DNA from: Candidatus Latescibacterota bacterium
GTDB taxonomy: Bacteria; Latescibacterota; UBA2968; GCA-2709665
Assembly: GCA_963662665.2 (NCBI GenBank)
Contig: CAXXJS010000008.1
Span: 20,551 to 84,550 of the forward strand
Reading direction: 5' to 3'
Length of the DNA stretch: 64,000 nucleotides
Below, one piece after another: positions 31,883-44,917 of the stretch. A program made the translations under genes and the position numbers. Numbering within the stretch: the first letter of the stretch is position 1; every line of letters begins with the position of its first letter. The notes below the pieces were generated by a model, which was not told the DNA's origin, made no database searches, and saw nothing but the letters and a program-made list of their open reading frames with translations.

Positions 31883-33580
31883 CCTGACCTATTCATGAAT
31901 CGTCAGGGATTGCAGATTCGTGCAGCAGAAGCAGCTTTCGAGTGAGTCTAAGAACGCAGGAGAAAGCTGGCTGTGCGGAACTGGCGTTTTCAAGCGATTT
32001 CAGGGTATATTTTTGTAGCAGGGTCGCGTGTAGGCGTCAGGATGACCCTGCTGTGACTGCCAAGAGCACAGACTTCTCCATTGCTTTTGGTGGTAGCAAT
32101 CAAGACGTGAAGGCGGCCTGGTCCAGATGGAAACGTTATGGCATGGCGGTTCCCAGATTGTAGAGCATGGTTCGATAGAGGTGTTTGAGTGGAAACGCCG
32201 TTGGCAGATGGAACGTGATTTTGGTTTTCAGTTCACAAACGCGCCCGGCGACTTTCAAGATGCGGTTTTGCAGCGTATTAAACTGGGCGTTCGTCCACGT
32301 GGTGCCGCGCAACCCGATATGGGCCAGGGCGTACACCAACACATAGGCGGCGCTGTGGAGAAAGAGCCGGAAGTGATTGGCGTGGAAGGTGTGGCAAGAG
32401 GTGCGATCGGAATGCAGAAAGGTCTTGTGATTCTTGATGAAGTTTTCCATCCTGCCGCGTGAACAATAAGCGGTTTTGTAGATGAATGACGGTTGTGCGC
32501 CGTTCAGGTTGGTGACCACGAATCGGATATTGTGACCTTGCGGGGTGACTTCTGCCTTGCAGATGATGCGGCGTGGGGAAGACCAGCTGCCGGCCTGATA
32601 GTCCCAACAGCGATACAGGCGCACCGGTTTTCCCCCATCGGCATACAGCGCTTTGGCCTGGTCCATCAAGGGCTGTGCCAACCGCAGCAGCACCGCGTTT
32701 CCGCCTTGTCCGAGGATAAAAAACACATCGTTTTCGTCACACATCGTGTGTACTTCCGGACACGAAAAGTGTGAATCGCCACGCAACAGGATCTTGACAT
32801 CGGGCCATGCGTGACGCAGGTAGGCGATCACCCGTTTTAGAATCGACACGATCTCTTTGCCCGTGGGTCGGCGGCCCGGACGCAAGACCGTCGTGATCAA
32901 CTTGCCGGTTTGCCCTTCATAGATATGCAGGGGTTGGTAGCAATAGCCCTTGAAATACGCATTGAATAACGACAACTGCTGGGATCCATACACCTTGTCT
33001 TCCGTGTCATCGATATCCAACAGAATGGCCTCGGGAGGGTGCTTATACGAGGCGATAAACGCATCGGCAAAGGCCGTCGCGATCCGATATAAGTCACCTC
33101 TGGTGATCCGGTTCTCGAACCGACTCATCGTGGGTTGACTGGCCAGGTTGGCACCGGTGACCGGCAACCGATCGCAGGCCGCCTTGAAGCCGGGGTCGCT
33201 ACGCAACGTATTGCAGTCGTTCGCATCCTCATACCCACACGCCACCTGAAAGACACGCTGAGTCAGCAGGTCCACCGACGGGTGATCCACGTAACTTGGA
33301 TGCCGACGATCTGTTATCGCCGCAACGATCCGACCCAAAATGCCGATTTTGGACTCCACCTCTCGAAGCAGCATCGCCCCGGTGTCGCTGGTCAGCATGC
33401 CCCCGTCGAAGGTGGCTTCTACCCGTTTGCCAGAAACACTTGCGAAAGACATCCTTTGTTGTTTATCTTGACCTGCCACGGTAGTTTCCTCCCGGTTCAT
33501 TGTTATCAGGTTATTCGCGTAACCATAATATAATACAATGACTTGGGTAAGGAAACTACCTTTTTTGTGAATTATTCAGA
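31883..33580 (-). mobile_element. IS1380 family insertion sequence
   Basis: Imperfect terminal inverted repeats (CCTGACCTATTCA / TGAATTATTCAGA) and 4-bp CTAA duplication at 31879-31882 and 33581-33584. Confidence 0.88.
32136..33500 (-). CDS. IS1380 family transposase
   Basis: FDGG.LTSD.G, GYEDAND, LASQPT.SRFEN, LDIDDT, RGDSHF, Y..RG.MEN.IK. Confidence 0.95.
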   Translation of the reverse strand: MNREETTVAGQDKQQRMSFASVSGKRVEATFDGGMLTSDTGAMLLREVESKIGILGRIVAAITDRRHPSYVDHPSVDLLTQRVFQVACGYEDANDCNTLRSDPGFKAACDRLPVTGANLASQPTMSRFENRITRGDLYRIATAFADAFIASYKHPPEAILLDIDDTEDKVYGSQQLSLFNAYFKGYCYQPLHIYEGQTGKLITTVLRPGRRPTGKEIVSILKRVIAYLRHAWPDVKILLRGDSHFSCPEVHTMCDENDVFFILGQGGNAVLLRLAQPLMDQAKALYADGGKPVRLYRCWDYQAGSWSSPRRIICKAEVTPQGHNIRFVVTNLNGAQPSFIYKTAYCSRGRMENFIKNHKTFLHSDRTSCHTFHANHFRLFLHSAAYVLVYALAHIGLRGTTWTNAQFNTLQNRILKVAGRVCELKTKITFHLPTAFPLKHLYRTMLYNLGTAMP

Positions 33581-33627
33581 CTAAGGTAATGAATCTGCGT
33601 TTCGCGAAACAATGAACTCTTAGCCTG

Positions 33628-33884
33628 ACGCGGCTTCGCTATGCTCAGCCGCAACCAAACAGGTGGCAATTATCGGGCGAGCCCGTTTGACGGTTCAATC
33701 ACTCCCCCCTTGAGGGGGAGTCGCAGAAGCCGAGCCGGTCCCCTGAGCATGCGGTCCCTGAGCCTGTCGAGGGTCGACGACCGGCGACGGCTGATGCGGT
33801 GGGGGGATCTTAACGCCTTACCGTATGCAAGCAGCATGATTTAACATACACGCATCTTGCGATGAAGCGTTACTGTAAGAATCT
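33628..33884 (+). repeat. Repeat family A copy
   Basis: Closely similar to 28012-28269. Confidence 0.8.
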
Positions 33885-33902
33885 GACTCAGGATCATCCG
33901 CA

Positions 33903-34661
33903 ATGGACAGCGAAATGTTGCAACGGGGGTTCGTCCCCCAGCCGCTGACGCCCGCGCAATGCAGCGCCCTGGACACCAACGGCTTTCTCATTCTGGAAGA
34001 TGTCATCGCGCCTGACTGGCTTGTCGAACTGCGCCACGCGTTTGACGATATCTTCGCACGCGAGGGCGACAAAGCCGGCGCCGAAGTCGCCCGGATGGAG
34101 GGCGTGCGACGCCTCGCCGACCTGGTCAACAAGGGAACGGTCTTCGACGATGTTTACCTGCAGCCGACGCTTCTGTCGGCGGTCTTTCACGTCCTGATGC
34201 GGCCGTTCAAGCTCCACTCGCTCAACGGTCACGATCCGCTGCCCGGAAGCGGGTTACAGGGCCTGCACACGGACTGGGGGCAGCCCACCCCGCCCGGCGG
34301 GCCGTACCACGTCGTCAACTCCATGTGGATGCTCGACGATTTCACGCAGGCCAACGGGGCAACCCGCTGCGTCCCCGCCAGCCACCGAAAACCCGGCAGG
34401 ATGGCCGACCACGTATACGATTCCATGTCGGATCACCCGGATCAGGTACAGCTGACCGGACGCGCCGGTTCGGTCGCCGTATTCAACGGCAGCCTCTGGC
34501 ACGGCTCATATCGAAATCGCACGGATGCCCCTCGCCGGACGCTGCACTGCGCCTTTATTGCCCGCGAACACGCGCAGCAGACGGACCAGCGCCAGTACCT
34601 GCGGCCCGAAACCGCACAACGGCTCTCGCCGCTGGCGCGCTATATCCTGGACGTGGCGTGA
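33903..34661 (+). CDS. Phytanoyl-CoA dioxygenase family protein
   Basis: LHTD, NGATRCVPASH, GSLWHG..N..RR. Confidence 0.9.
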   Translation: MDSEMLQRGFVPQPLTPAQCSALDTNGFLILEDVIAPDWLVELRHAFDDIFAREGDKAGAEVARMEGVRRLADLVNKGTVFDDVYLQPTLLSAVFHVLMRPFKLHSLNGHDPLPGSGLQGLHTDWGQPTPPGGPYHVVNSMWMLDDFTQANGATRCVPASHRKPGRMADHVYDSMSDHPDQVQLTGRAGSVAVFNGSLWHGSYRNRTDAPRRTLHCAFIAREHAQQTDQRQYLRPETAQRLSPLARYILDVA

Positions 34662-34678
34662 ACCCCGGGGCGTAATTC

Positions 34679-34870
34679 ACCTTGATTCGTGATTCTTCGG
34701 GGAAGTAAAACCGAATAAATGTAAGTGGATAAACCTGATTTAACGGCTGATTACCAGGATACACCAGGTCACTGGACGTAGACTGAAACGATGTCTTTTT
34801 TGACGACCGTTGCACCCCGTTTCAGAGGTTTTCGTCGCGTTGCCGAGTTGCTGTCTTTTCGAATTGGGGT
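34679..34870 (-). mobile_element. 192-bp MITE-like element (family C), uninterrupted copy
   Basis: Imperfect inverted ends ACCTTGATTCG / CGAATTGGGGT with the same 2 bp (TC) on both sides; second copy at 47914-48861. Confidence 0.75.
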
Positions 34871-34919
34871 TCATGGCTGCTTTTTCTCCGTCGAAGAAAA
34901 CTATAGATAAAGGGGAACC

Positions 34920-35297
34920 ATGAAACGCAGAAACATACCGACCGGCAGTCCATTTGGCGCGGAGTTCGGTTATTCGCGCTCCGTACGTGTGGACCGTCAC
35001 ATTCACGTCGCCGGCACCTGCGCCCAGCCGCCTCATGACCGGGGCGATGCCTACGAGCAGGCCAGGAGCGCATTGGGAATCATCGCCGTGGCGCTCGACG
35101 AGACCGGCGCCAGCCTCGAACACGTGGTGCGGACGGTTGTGTACATCACGGATGTGGCCCACGCCGATGGCGTCACCCGCGCTCACCGCGAAGTGTTTGG
35201 CGAGATTTTGCCGGCCTCGACCCTGGTTGTCATTGCCGCGCTGCTCAAGCCGCATCTGGTCGTCGAAATCGAAGCCTACGCCATAGCAGCCCGTTGA
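34920..35297 (+). CDS. RidA/YjgF family protein
   Basis: GYSRSVR, VVRT.VY, PAST.V, VEIEA. Confidence 0.9.
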   Translation: MKRRNIPTGSPFGAEFGYSRSVRVDRHIHVAGTCAQPPHDRGDAYEQARSALGIIAVALDETGASLEHVVRTVVYITDVAHADGVTRAHREVFGEILPASTLVVIAALLKPHLVVEIEAYAIAAR

Positions 35298-35391
35298 AAT
35301 AGCCCATCGGGGCTGCGGCCCCCATTGCACGCCCGGTCACCAGTGGCGATCGGGTCCGCCCGGAGACCGTCACCGGAGGTGTATAGTACCT

Positions 35392-36939
35392 ATGTCCTCG
35401 ACCGGCCCTCGCTTATGGCCTCTCCATTTACTCGGAGGAGGCATCGTCCTGGCGCTCCTGTTGATCTGGTTGCCCGAAGCCCCCCATCGCCAGCAACAGG
35501 TCATGCGCACCATGGCCACCTTCATTCTCGCGTTTTTCTTTGTTTTGCTCTGGTTGCTCTTCGCGTCGCGGCTGGCCTGGGGACAGCGTCTGCGCTATTT
35601 CGGCGGTGCCGTCCTCGTCATTGCGCTTGGCATTGGACTCATTCGCATTAAGGGTATGAGCGGCGATTTCGTACCGGTCCTCGATTGGCGTTGGCGTGCT
35701 GAGGGCGAAGCCGCCGTCGCAGAAGGAGGGGACGCCACCGCGCTCAACGCCCGCGATTGGCCGCAATTCCTCGGCCCCGAGCGCAACAACCGCCTCCAGG
35801 GCGTCCACCTCGAGCGCGACTGGACCAGGTACCCCCCGCGCGAAATCTGGCGTCGCCCCGTTGGCGCAGCCTGGTCATCCTTTGCCATTGTCGGCGGCCG
35901 GGCCGTAACCCAGGAGCAACACGGCCCCGAGGAGCAGGTCGTCTGCTACGACCTGGCAACGGGCCGCAAGCTCTGGCAACACGCCGACTCGACTCGCTAC
36001 GAGACCGCCATAGCCGGCGTCGGTCCGCGCGCTACGCCCACCATCGCTGGAGACCGTGTTTTCACCCTGGGCGCCACTGGCATCCTCAATTGCCTGGATC
36101 TGGCCAGCGGGACCCTGATCTGGGCGCGGGACATCCTCGCCGACAACCGGGCTGAGGCCCATATGTGGGGCACCAGCTGTTCGCCGCTGGTCCTCGACAG
36201 CCTGGTCGTGGTCAGCGCCGGAGGCCCTGATGAGCGCTCGCTGGTGGCCTATCACCGCCAAACCGGCGCGTTCGTCTGGGGCGGAGGCACGGACAGGGCC
36301 GGCTTCAGCTCGCCGCGTCTGGTCACTTTGGCCGGGAGCGAGCAGATCCTGATCTTCAACAGCTATAGCGTTGTCGCGCACGATCCTCACAGCGGAGTTC
36401 CCCTCTGGCGCCAGCCCTGGGATCAGGTCGAATGCGTTGCCAACCCACTACCCTTGCCCGGGAACCGGGTTCTGGTTTCCACCGGCTATGGCATTGGCGC
36501 CAGGCTGTATCGGGTGAACGCCGCGTCCGACGGCGGCTTGACAAGCGACATCCTGTGGAGAAGCCCGCGGCTCAAGGCCAAATTTGCCAACATGGCATAT
36601 CGCGATGGGTTTGTCTATGGCCTCGACGATGGGGTACTGGTCTGCCTCGACCCGAAAGACGGAAAACGCCGCTGGAAGCGCGGGCGCTACGGCCACGGCC
36701 AGCTCATCCTGATAGACGACGTCCTGCTGATCATGAGCGAATCGGGCGACGTGGTACTGGTCGAGGCCCGTCCCGACCGCCACGTCGAACTGGCGCGCAT
36801 GACGGCCTTCGCGGGCAAAACCTGGAATCCCCCGTCCCTTGCCGCACCCTATCTGTTGGTGCGCACGGATAGCGAGGCCGCCTGCTACGAGTTGGCGCTT
36901 GCAAACGGGCGAAAGCCGCACGCGGCGCGCCTGGATTGA
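35392..36939 (+). CDS. PQQ-binding-like beta-propeller protein with N-terminal TM helices
   Basis: DWPQFLGP.R, GPRATP, repeated tryptophan-docking motifs. Confidence 0.85.
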   Translation: MSSTGPRLWPLHLLGGGIVLALLLIWLPEAPHRQQQVMRTMATFILAFFFVLLWLLFASRLAWGQRLRYFGGAVLVIALGIGLIRIKGMSGDFVPVLDWRWRAEGEAAVAEGGDATALNARDWPQFLGPERNNRLQGVHLERDWTRYPPREIWRRPVGAAWSSFAIVGGRAVTQEQHGPEEQVVCYDLATGRKLWQHADSTRYETAIAGVGPRATPTIAGDRVFTLGATGILNCLDLASGTLIWARDILADNRAEAHMWGTSCSPLVLDSLVVVSAGGPDERSLVAYHRQTGAFVWGGGTDRAGFSSPRLVTLAGSEQILIFNSYSVVAHDPHSGVPLWRQPWDQVECVANPLPLPGNRVLVSTGYGIGARLYRVNAASDGGLTSDILWRSPRLKAKFANMAYRDGFVYGLDDGVLVCLDPKDGKRRWKRGRYGHGQLILIDDVLLIMSESGDVVLVEARPDRHVELARMTAFAGKTWNPPSLAAPYLLVRTDSEAACYELALANGRKPHAARLD

Positions 36940-36971
36940 GTCCGTCGGGAAAAAAATACAAAATGCCCGCG

Positions 36972-37346
36972 CTATTCCCCCTGGTTCTGTCCCTGAAGAA
37001 CGGTCAGTGCATCCCACGTCGCCGGAAATCCGCCGAAGGCGCTCATCTGCAACATGACCTCCTCAATCTCCGTCCTCGTGGATCCACAACCAAGGGCACG
37101 GTCAATGTGAACGGCAAGTTGTTGCGGCCTGCCAAGAACCGTCAGGGCCGCGATCGTGCATAGCAGACGGGTCTTGATATCCAGCCCGTCCCGTCCGTAC
37201 AGGTCGTGCATCACGTGTTCCATCACGAGTCGCTCGAACTCCGGATGTAGTGTGCGCATCTTCCTGGCGGAGGCCTCTGCAGCGGCCTCTCCGAGCATCG
37301 TCGAGAGAACTCTGCGCCCGGCTTCGTAGCGTTCACTTTCAGCCAT
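36972..37346 (-). CDS. Carboxymuconolactone decarboxylase family protein
   Basis: R.GLD.KTR.L.TIAAL, QLAVH, EI.EV..Q..GFP. Confidence 0.88.
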   Translation of the reverse strand: MAESERYEAGRRVLSTMLGEAAAEASARKMRTLHPEFERLVMEHVMHDLYGRDGLDIKTRLLCTIAALTVLGRPQQLAVHIDRALGCGSTRTEIEEVMLQMSAFGGFPATWDALTVLQGQNQGE

Positions 37347-37501
37347 ACATCCTCCCCCCTGGGTGTCGATTGAAATTTTGGTTGCATCGGTGCCCGCCGC
37401 CAGCCGGGCAAAGGCGTCGGTCAGCGCGTCTGGACGAGCGTCAGCAGCCCCTCAGTTCGATTCAGCCACGTGATCCATCTGGACGTCGCCCGATCAGTCG
37501 C

Positions 37502-38917
37502 TCATACAAAAAGCGCGTGCACCATCGTCCGACCCCGCTCCACCACCGTTTCGAGGCAGCCGGGGGCGAGCTTTGCCCAGTAGGTCACGTCTTCGTTGGC
37601 CTCGTGTCCTCCCCGGGGATAGGCCTCGCGCGTCGGCAGGTAGCCAACGTAGTGCGACGTGAGATGCGCAGGAAAGAGATACGGCGCCGCCTAGTTCGTT
37701 TTCAGGGCGAGTTGCCCTTCCACAAAGGGTTCTCCCGGCAGGCCGATAACGCAGAGGTCGCCGATGCGGAACGCCTGGATTTCATAGGGAAACTCGTCGT
37801 CCCGCCGACGGCACAGTTCGACGCTTCGGGTCGAAGCAGCACGGAACCAGTTCGGTTCCACTTCGCCGTTTGCGCCGCGCGGCGGTTGCGGATTCCCGGT
37901 GAGAATCGCATTGACCTCGCGCGAGCGCTCGGCTGGAATCTCTCGGAAGGGCAGACCGACCATTTCGACGCTGCACGCCACCGCGGCGTTGTTGGAGAAC
38001 GCCATATTGTAGACAATTCGTTCGCTCATGCGGGCCAGTTCGCGCCCCATTCGCCGGTGGTCCGGCCGGCAATCCGGGTCGAAAGGATGCCGGGGGTTGA
38101 TGTTGCCGCAACAACCGTTGACAACCAGCGGCACCGCGTCGGCGCCGAAAAGCTGCTGCATTTCCCGCGTCCAGGCGCCGGGCCAGTCCGCCGACACTGC
38201 CCGGTAGGTCAGGGGATTTCCGAATACGTTGACGGGGTGACAGGTGTGGTGCAGGAGAAAGGCCACCGGCTTCATATCCATGTCCTGGACGCAGCACACG
38301 CCCACTTCCGGGTCCATCGGTCCTTCCAGATAGCAGATATCCGGGATCCCGAACGGCTGTTGTTCCCGACCCAGCGGCTTTGGCATGACGATGGTTCCGT
38401 CCCGTCGTATGCCGCGACGATTGAACGCCAGGTCTCCCAACACGCCGCGTCCCAGACCAATGCGCACGGGTTGCAGCCTGCCCGCCGCCTCGACCGCGGC
38501 CTCCACGGCGGCGACGGCAGCCCTGTCGCCGTAAGCGCGCTCCCCTCCCCGCAGGTAATCCGTCTCCTCGCCGGTCTCCAGGGGAAAATCCGGATCCAGC
38601 ATAAAGTAGCCGAGGCTCGGGGCGGAATGCGTCTGGGTCGCCTGGACGATGATCGCCTCCGGTGCGATACCGGTTTGCTCGCCGATATCGGCGCGGATTT
38701 TGTCCGTATAGTCACGGGTGACGATGGTGAGATCCAGGATTACCATGCAGACGCGCTGCCGGCCGGATTCAAAGACGATCGTCCTGGCAAAGAGCGGGTC
38801 CATCACGGCCTGAGCAGGCCGATGCTCGCCGGCCCCGCTTCCCGCCAGATGCGTCCCCAATGGCGGCGTGATGTCAACCATCGCCGCTCCGGCTCTGAGC
38901 TGGTTGGTCTCGTGCAT
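37502..38917 (-). pseudogene. Neutral-ceramidase-like hypothetical protein interrupted by an in-frame TAG at 37691-37693
   Basis: DITPP, DPL.AR, THSAP, CHP, GLPGEPF; the same frame continues after TAG with YVGYLPTREAYPRGGHE to TGA at 37502. Confidence 0.7.
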
Positions 38918-39098
38918 GGTATCTCCTTTTCGGCGCCAGGGGCGTTAAAGCGCAAAGGGCTTGGCGTGGGACCGGCCGAGAATCCGCACCGAACCGGTGA
39001 TCCGTTTCAATTCTTCGGCAATTCTCAGCAGACAACAGGAACATACATGCATCAATTTTAGACAGATGTCACGCTGTAAATTCCCGAGGAAAAAATCT

Positions 39099-40238
39099 AT
39101 GGATATCCAGACCCGTCTCATTCACGCCGGCGAGGAGCGTATCGAGGGCGCCGTCGTTCTGCCGATCTTCCAAAGCTCGACTTATATCTCTCAAGACGAG
39201 CAGGATTACGATGCCATCCGATATCTCCGCACGAACAACACACCCAATCACCATGCATTACATGCGAAACTGGCCGCTGTCTGCGGCGGCGAGGACGCGC
39301 TCGTCGCCGGCTCCGGTATGGCCGCGATCACCACGGCACTGATGACCTTGCTCAGCAGCGGTGATCATCTGCTGATCCAGGACTGTCTCTACGGGGGTAC
39401 ACACAGCTATGTGACGCAGGATGCGCCGCGCCTGGGGATAGACGTCGACTTTATCGCCGGCAACGCGCCGGAGTCGTGGGCGGGTAAGCTCCGTCCGGAG
39501 ACACGGGCGATCTACGTGGAGACCATGACCAACCCGCTATTGGAGGTCGCCGATCTAGAGGCAGTCGTGGAATTCGCCCGTGAACATGGTCTGGTCTCTC
39601 TGATTGACAATACGTTTGCCTCCCCGTGTAACTTCCGCCCGCTGGAAATCGGGCTTGATATCGAACTGCACAGCGCAACCAAGTACCTGAACGGTCATTC
39701 GGACCTCGTCGCGGGCGCGATCGCAGGCTCCCGTACACAGGTTGCGGACATCAGGCACAAGCTGAATCATCTGGGCGGTACGCTGGATACACACGCCTGT
39801 TTTCTGCTGCAGCGAGGCATGAAGACACTGGCGCTCAGGATGCGCCAACACAATGAGAACGGTCTGCTGCTGGCGCGCTTTTTGACAGGGCAGGAGCAGG
39901 TGGCCCGGGTAAACTATCCGGGGCTGGAGAGCCATCCGCAATACGAGAGGGCACAGCGGTTGTTTTCCGGCGCGGGTGGCGTATTGAGCTTTGAATTGCA
40001 CGAGGGCGTGGCGGCGGCCGAGCGGTTGCTGTCCAGGCTGACGCTGCCGGCAACGGCCCCGAGTCTCGGTGGCGCTGAAACCCTCATTACGCGTCCTGCC
40101 GCCACTTCGCACTGTGGCATGAGCCCGGAAGATCGAGCGGAAATGGGAATTGCCGATGGCCTGGTCCGGGTGGCGTGCGGCATTGAGACCGCCGGGGATC
40201 TGTGCGCGGACTTTGCAAACGCATTCGCCGAAGTGTAG
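39099..40238 (+). CDS. PLP-dependent trans-sulfuration enzyme (cystathionine gamma-lyase/synthase or methionine gamma-lyase family)
   Basis: PIFQSST, SGMAA, YGGT, DNTFASP, HSATKYLNGHSD, SLGG.E. Confidence 0.9.
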   Translation: MDIQTRLIHAGEERIEGAVVLPIFQSSTYISQDEQDYDAIRYLRTNNTPNHHALHAKLAAVCGGEDALVAGSGMAAITTALMTLLSSGDHLLIQDCLYGGTHSYVTQDAPRLGIDVDFIAGNAPESWAGKLRPETRAIYVETMTNPLLEVADLEAVVEFAREHGLVSLIDNTFASPCNFRPLEIGLDIELHSATKYLNGHSDLVAGAIAGSRTQVADIRHKLNHLGGTLDTHACFLLQRGMKTLALRMRQHNENGLLLARFLTGQEQVARVNYPGLESHPQYERAQRLFSGAGGVLSFELHEGVAAAERLLSRLTLPATAPSLGGAETLITRPAATSHCGMSPEDRAEMGIADGLVRVACGIETAGDLCADFANAFAEV

Positions 40239-40463
40239 ATTCATACACTAAGACTTCCGCGCAATTTGCGTACATGTTTAATCATGCTGCTTGCAAACGG
40301 TAAGGCGTAGAAATCCCCCCACCACCGTCGCCGGCCCTTCGACAAGCTCAGGGGACGGACTCGGCTTCTGCGACTCCCCTCAAGGGGGGAGTGATTGCAC
40401 CGTCAGGCGGGCTTGCACATTGACGCCGGCCTATTTGGTTGCGGCTGAGCATAGCGAAGCCGT
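40237..40463 (-). repeat. Repeat family A copy (reverse orientation)
   Basis: TTTGGTTGCGGCTGAGCATAGCGAAGCCG and CGACTCCCCTCAAGGGGGGAGTGATT. Confidence 0.8.
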
Positions 40464-40478
40464 GCCAAGGCAGGATGA

Positions 40479-42746
<2,268 letters not shown>

Positions 42747-42799
42747 TCTCACCGGGCGCCCTCGTCGGCGTCTTCAAGATAAAAGCAGAAAGGACCGCG

Positions 42800-43273
42800 A
42801 TGGCAATCACGCTGGGGGCAGGCGACGTTGCCCCGGATTTCGAACTGGCCGACCAGGACGGCGCCGTCCATTCGCTGGCCGGATACCGGGGCCGGACGGT
42901 CGTCCTCTACTTCTATCCGCGCGATGAGACCCCGGGTTGTACAATTCAGGCTTGCTCGTTTCGGGATCATCACGCCGAAATCCTGGCCGAGGGCGCAATC
43001 GTACTCGGCGTATCGAGAGACGATGCAGAGTCGCACAGCGATTTCCGCGAACGCCATCGGCTGCCGTTTCCACTGCTGGTGGATGCCAACGCCAACGTCT
43101 CCACGCGCTATGGCGCATGGGGTGAGAAAGTCCTCTACGGACGCCGGTTCGACGGAATGACGCGGTCGACGTTCATCATTGGCCCGGATGGAATCCTGAC
43201 CAAAGTCTGGAAACGGGCCCGCGCCGCCGGGCACGGCGCGGCAGTGCTGAAGGCGCTACGCGATTCCGGTTAG
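42800..43273 (+). CDS. bcp: Thioredoxin-dependent peroxiredoxin (BCP/PrxQ)
   Basis: LYFYPRDETPGCTIQACSFRD. Confidence 0.9.
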   Translation: MAITLGAGDVAPDFELADQDGAVHSLAGYRGRTVVLYFYPRDETPGCTIQACSFRDHHAEILAEGAIVLGVSRDDAESHSDFRERHRLPFPLLVDANANVSTRYGAWGEKVLYGRRFDGMTRSTFIIGPDGILTKVWKRARAAGHGAAVLKALRDSG

Positions 43274-43693
43274 GCGGGACTGAACACCGGCGGGAGTTCG
43301 TGTTAACGGAATCTTTCGGGTTGCATTCAACCTTGAGGATCGGGTGCCACGCAAACGGGACGACTGACTCGGCTTGCTCCCATCCCGGGTAGCAGCCGAC
43401 GGAGATCAGGGTGATCGAACCGACTGTTCAGGCACAGATGCTCGTCCGGCGGCCGATCGTTTGAACACGGAATCGCCCTGAACCTGGTGGCAGATCGCAA
43501 TCCGGAAGCCCACGTCTCCTACTAGCCGTGCTGCTTTGCCGACCGGCGTCCTTTCCCGAGGAACTCCTCACCATTCCTCCTCCGACTCATCCCGTCTGGC
43601 GGCGTAGCTTGAACTGCTTGCACTGAGCTTGCCGAAGTGGCATGTCGAAACTGCGCTCCGCCAGGCGTGAACGACCAGGGAAAGGGTGATGAA

Positions 43694-44146
43694 ATGAGTG
43701 AGGAGGTCGAAGTCCTGGTGGAGCATCGGTTCCGGCACGCGACGACGGAAGAGGTCTTCGAAGCATGGATCAACCCTCAGAACGTCCGGAGCTGGATGAG
43801 CCATGGCCTGGCCGCGTTCGGCCTTTCCGGAGAGATCGTTCAAATCGAGGTCGATCCTCGTCCCGGCGGCGCATTCATGTTCAGCGACATGCGCGGTGGC
43901 GAAGAGATGCAACATTGGGGCACGTACCTGACCCTGGAGCGCCCCTCGGTCCTTGAGTTCACCTGGTTCACGAGCGAGGCTGACGAGCGGGCGGGTTCAT
44001 CGGTTGTGAGGATCGCGATCGCTCCTCAAGCGGCCGGTTGCTCGGCGACGCTCACCCACAGAATGCCAGCGGCCTACGCGGAGTACCGAGAGCAATCAGA
44101 GCGGGGGTGGAAGACGATTCTGGCCTCAATCGAGGCCAGCCGATAG
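43694..44146 (+). CDS. SRPBCC/AHSA1 family protein
   Basis: EEVFEAW.NP..W, DPRPGG.F, G.YL..ERP..L.FTW, GW..L. Confidence 0.85.
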   Translation: MSEEVEVLVEHRFRHATTEEVFEAWINPQNVRSWMSHGLAAFGLSGEIVQIEVDPRPGGAFMFSDMRGGEEMQHWGTYLTLERPSVLEFTWFTSEADERAGSSVVRIAIAPQAAGCSATLTHRMPAAYAEYREQSERGWKTILASIEASR

Positions 44147-44917
44147 CCCGGTTTCCCGGCGCACAATGGGACATCTGAACGAGAATTGGGATCTGCTGCT
44201 CCGGTGTCTTGTACGACGCCCGATACCCTTCCTCGAAACCGGAATGAACGGGGTTTCGCGAGCTGTCCGCAGCAGCAGCCGGGTCCACCACCCTCAACCC
44301 CAATGGTTTCTTCTCCTCCAGATGTCTGACTTTCGCCCCGAACGCCCGTCCACAGTTCTATCGAATACGCGCGCAGGCAGTTCTGCTTCTTGACGAGGAC
44401 GAAACCCGCTTCCGTCAGCGCATCGGTCGCCACCAGGTAAGCTGCTGTGAGGTGGAGGCGGAACTCACCACTTGTGAAGCCTCCATCCCCCTTGTCCGCC
44501 TGGTGTCTGTCCACGCGCGACCTGACGCGAAAGACATGGGCAAACCTTGCGGGACAGTCCAACATCCCTAATTTTTTCCTTCAGTCAAGCGGTTGGTTCG
44601 TCGTCGGGGCATCCCAGGCAACTCGCCGTCAATGCGAGCGTCAGTCCGATGATGGATTTGTCAATGAATCGAATCATGATCGACCTCCTGTATTTGGCGT
44701 GTTTAATATATAAACGAGTGAATCCCCTGGCACGACATATAAGCGCCTGATACGCTGCAGCAGATGCGACGCGATGTCGTGTCACCGCTAGCGAATGTCC
44801 TTGATTGGAGAGACTTGCGTTGTTTAGCTTACAAGCTGGTTATCCTGCGGGCAGCCGTTGTCATCACGGAAGAAGACACTGATGCTACGACCACAATCTG
44901 CCAGTGAGGAGAACGCA

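Noticed and set aside
37691-37693. Pyrrolysine recoding of the in-frame TAG
   Set aside because: Not a methylamine methyltransferase, not an obviously catalytic position, and no pyl genes in the window.
37250-39061. 603-aa plus-strand ORF
   Set aside because: Shadow of the minus-strand gene at 37502-38917.
43410-43465. Fragment VIEPTVQAQMLVRRPI resembling an SRPBCC N-terminus
   Set aside because: Too short to support; at most a decayed remnant.
44150-44680. Lipoprotein-like start followed by TGA (possible third selenoprotein)
   Set aside because: No redox-motif context or clear SECIS, and further stops follow; more likely decayed sequence.
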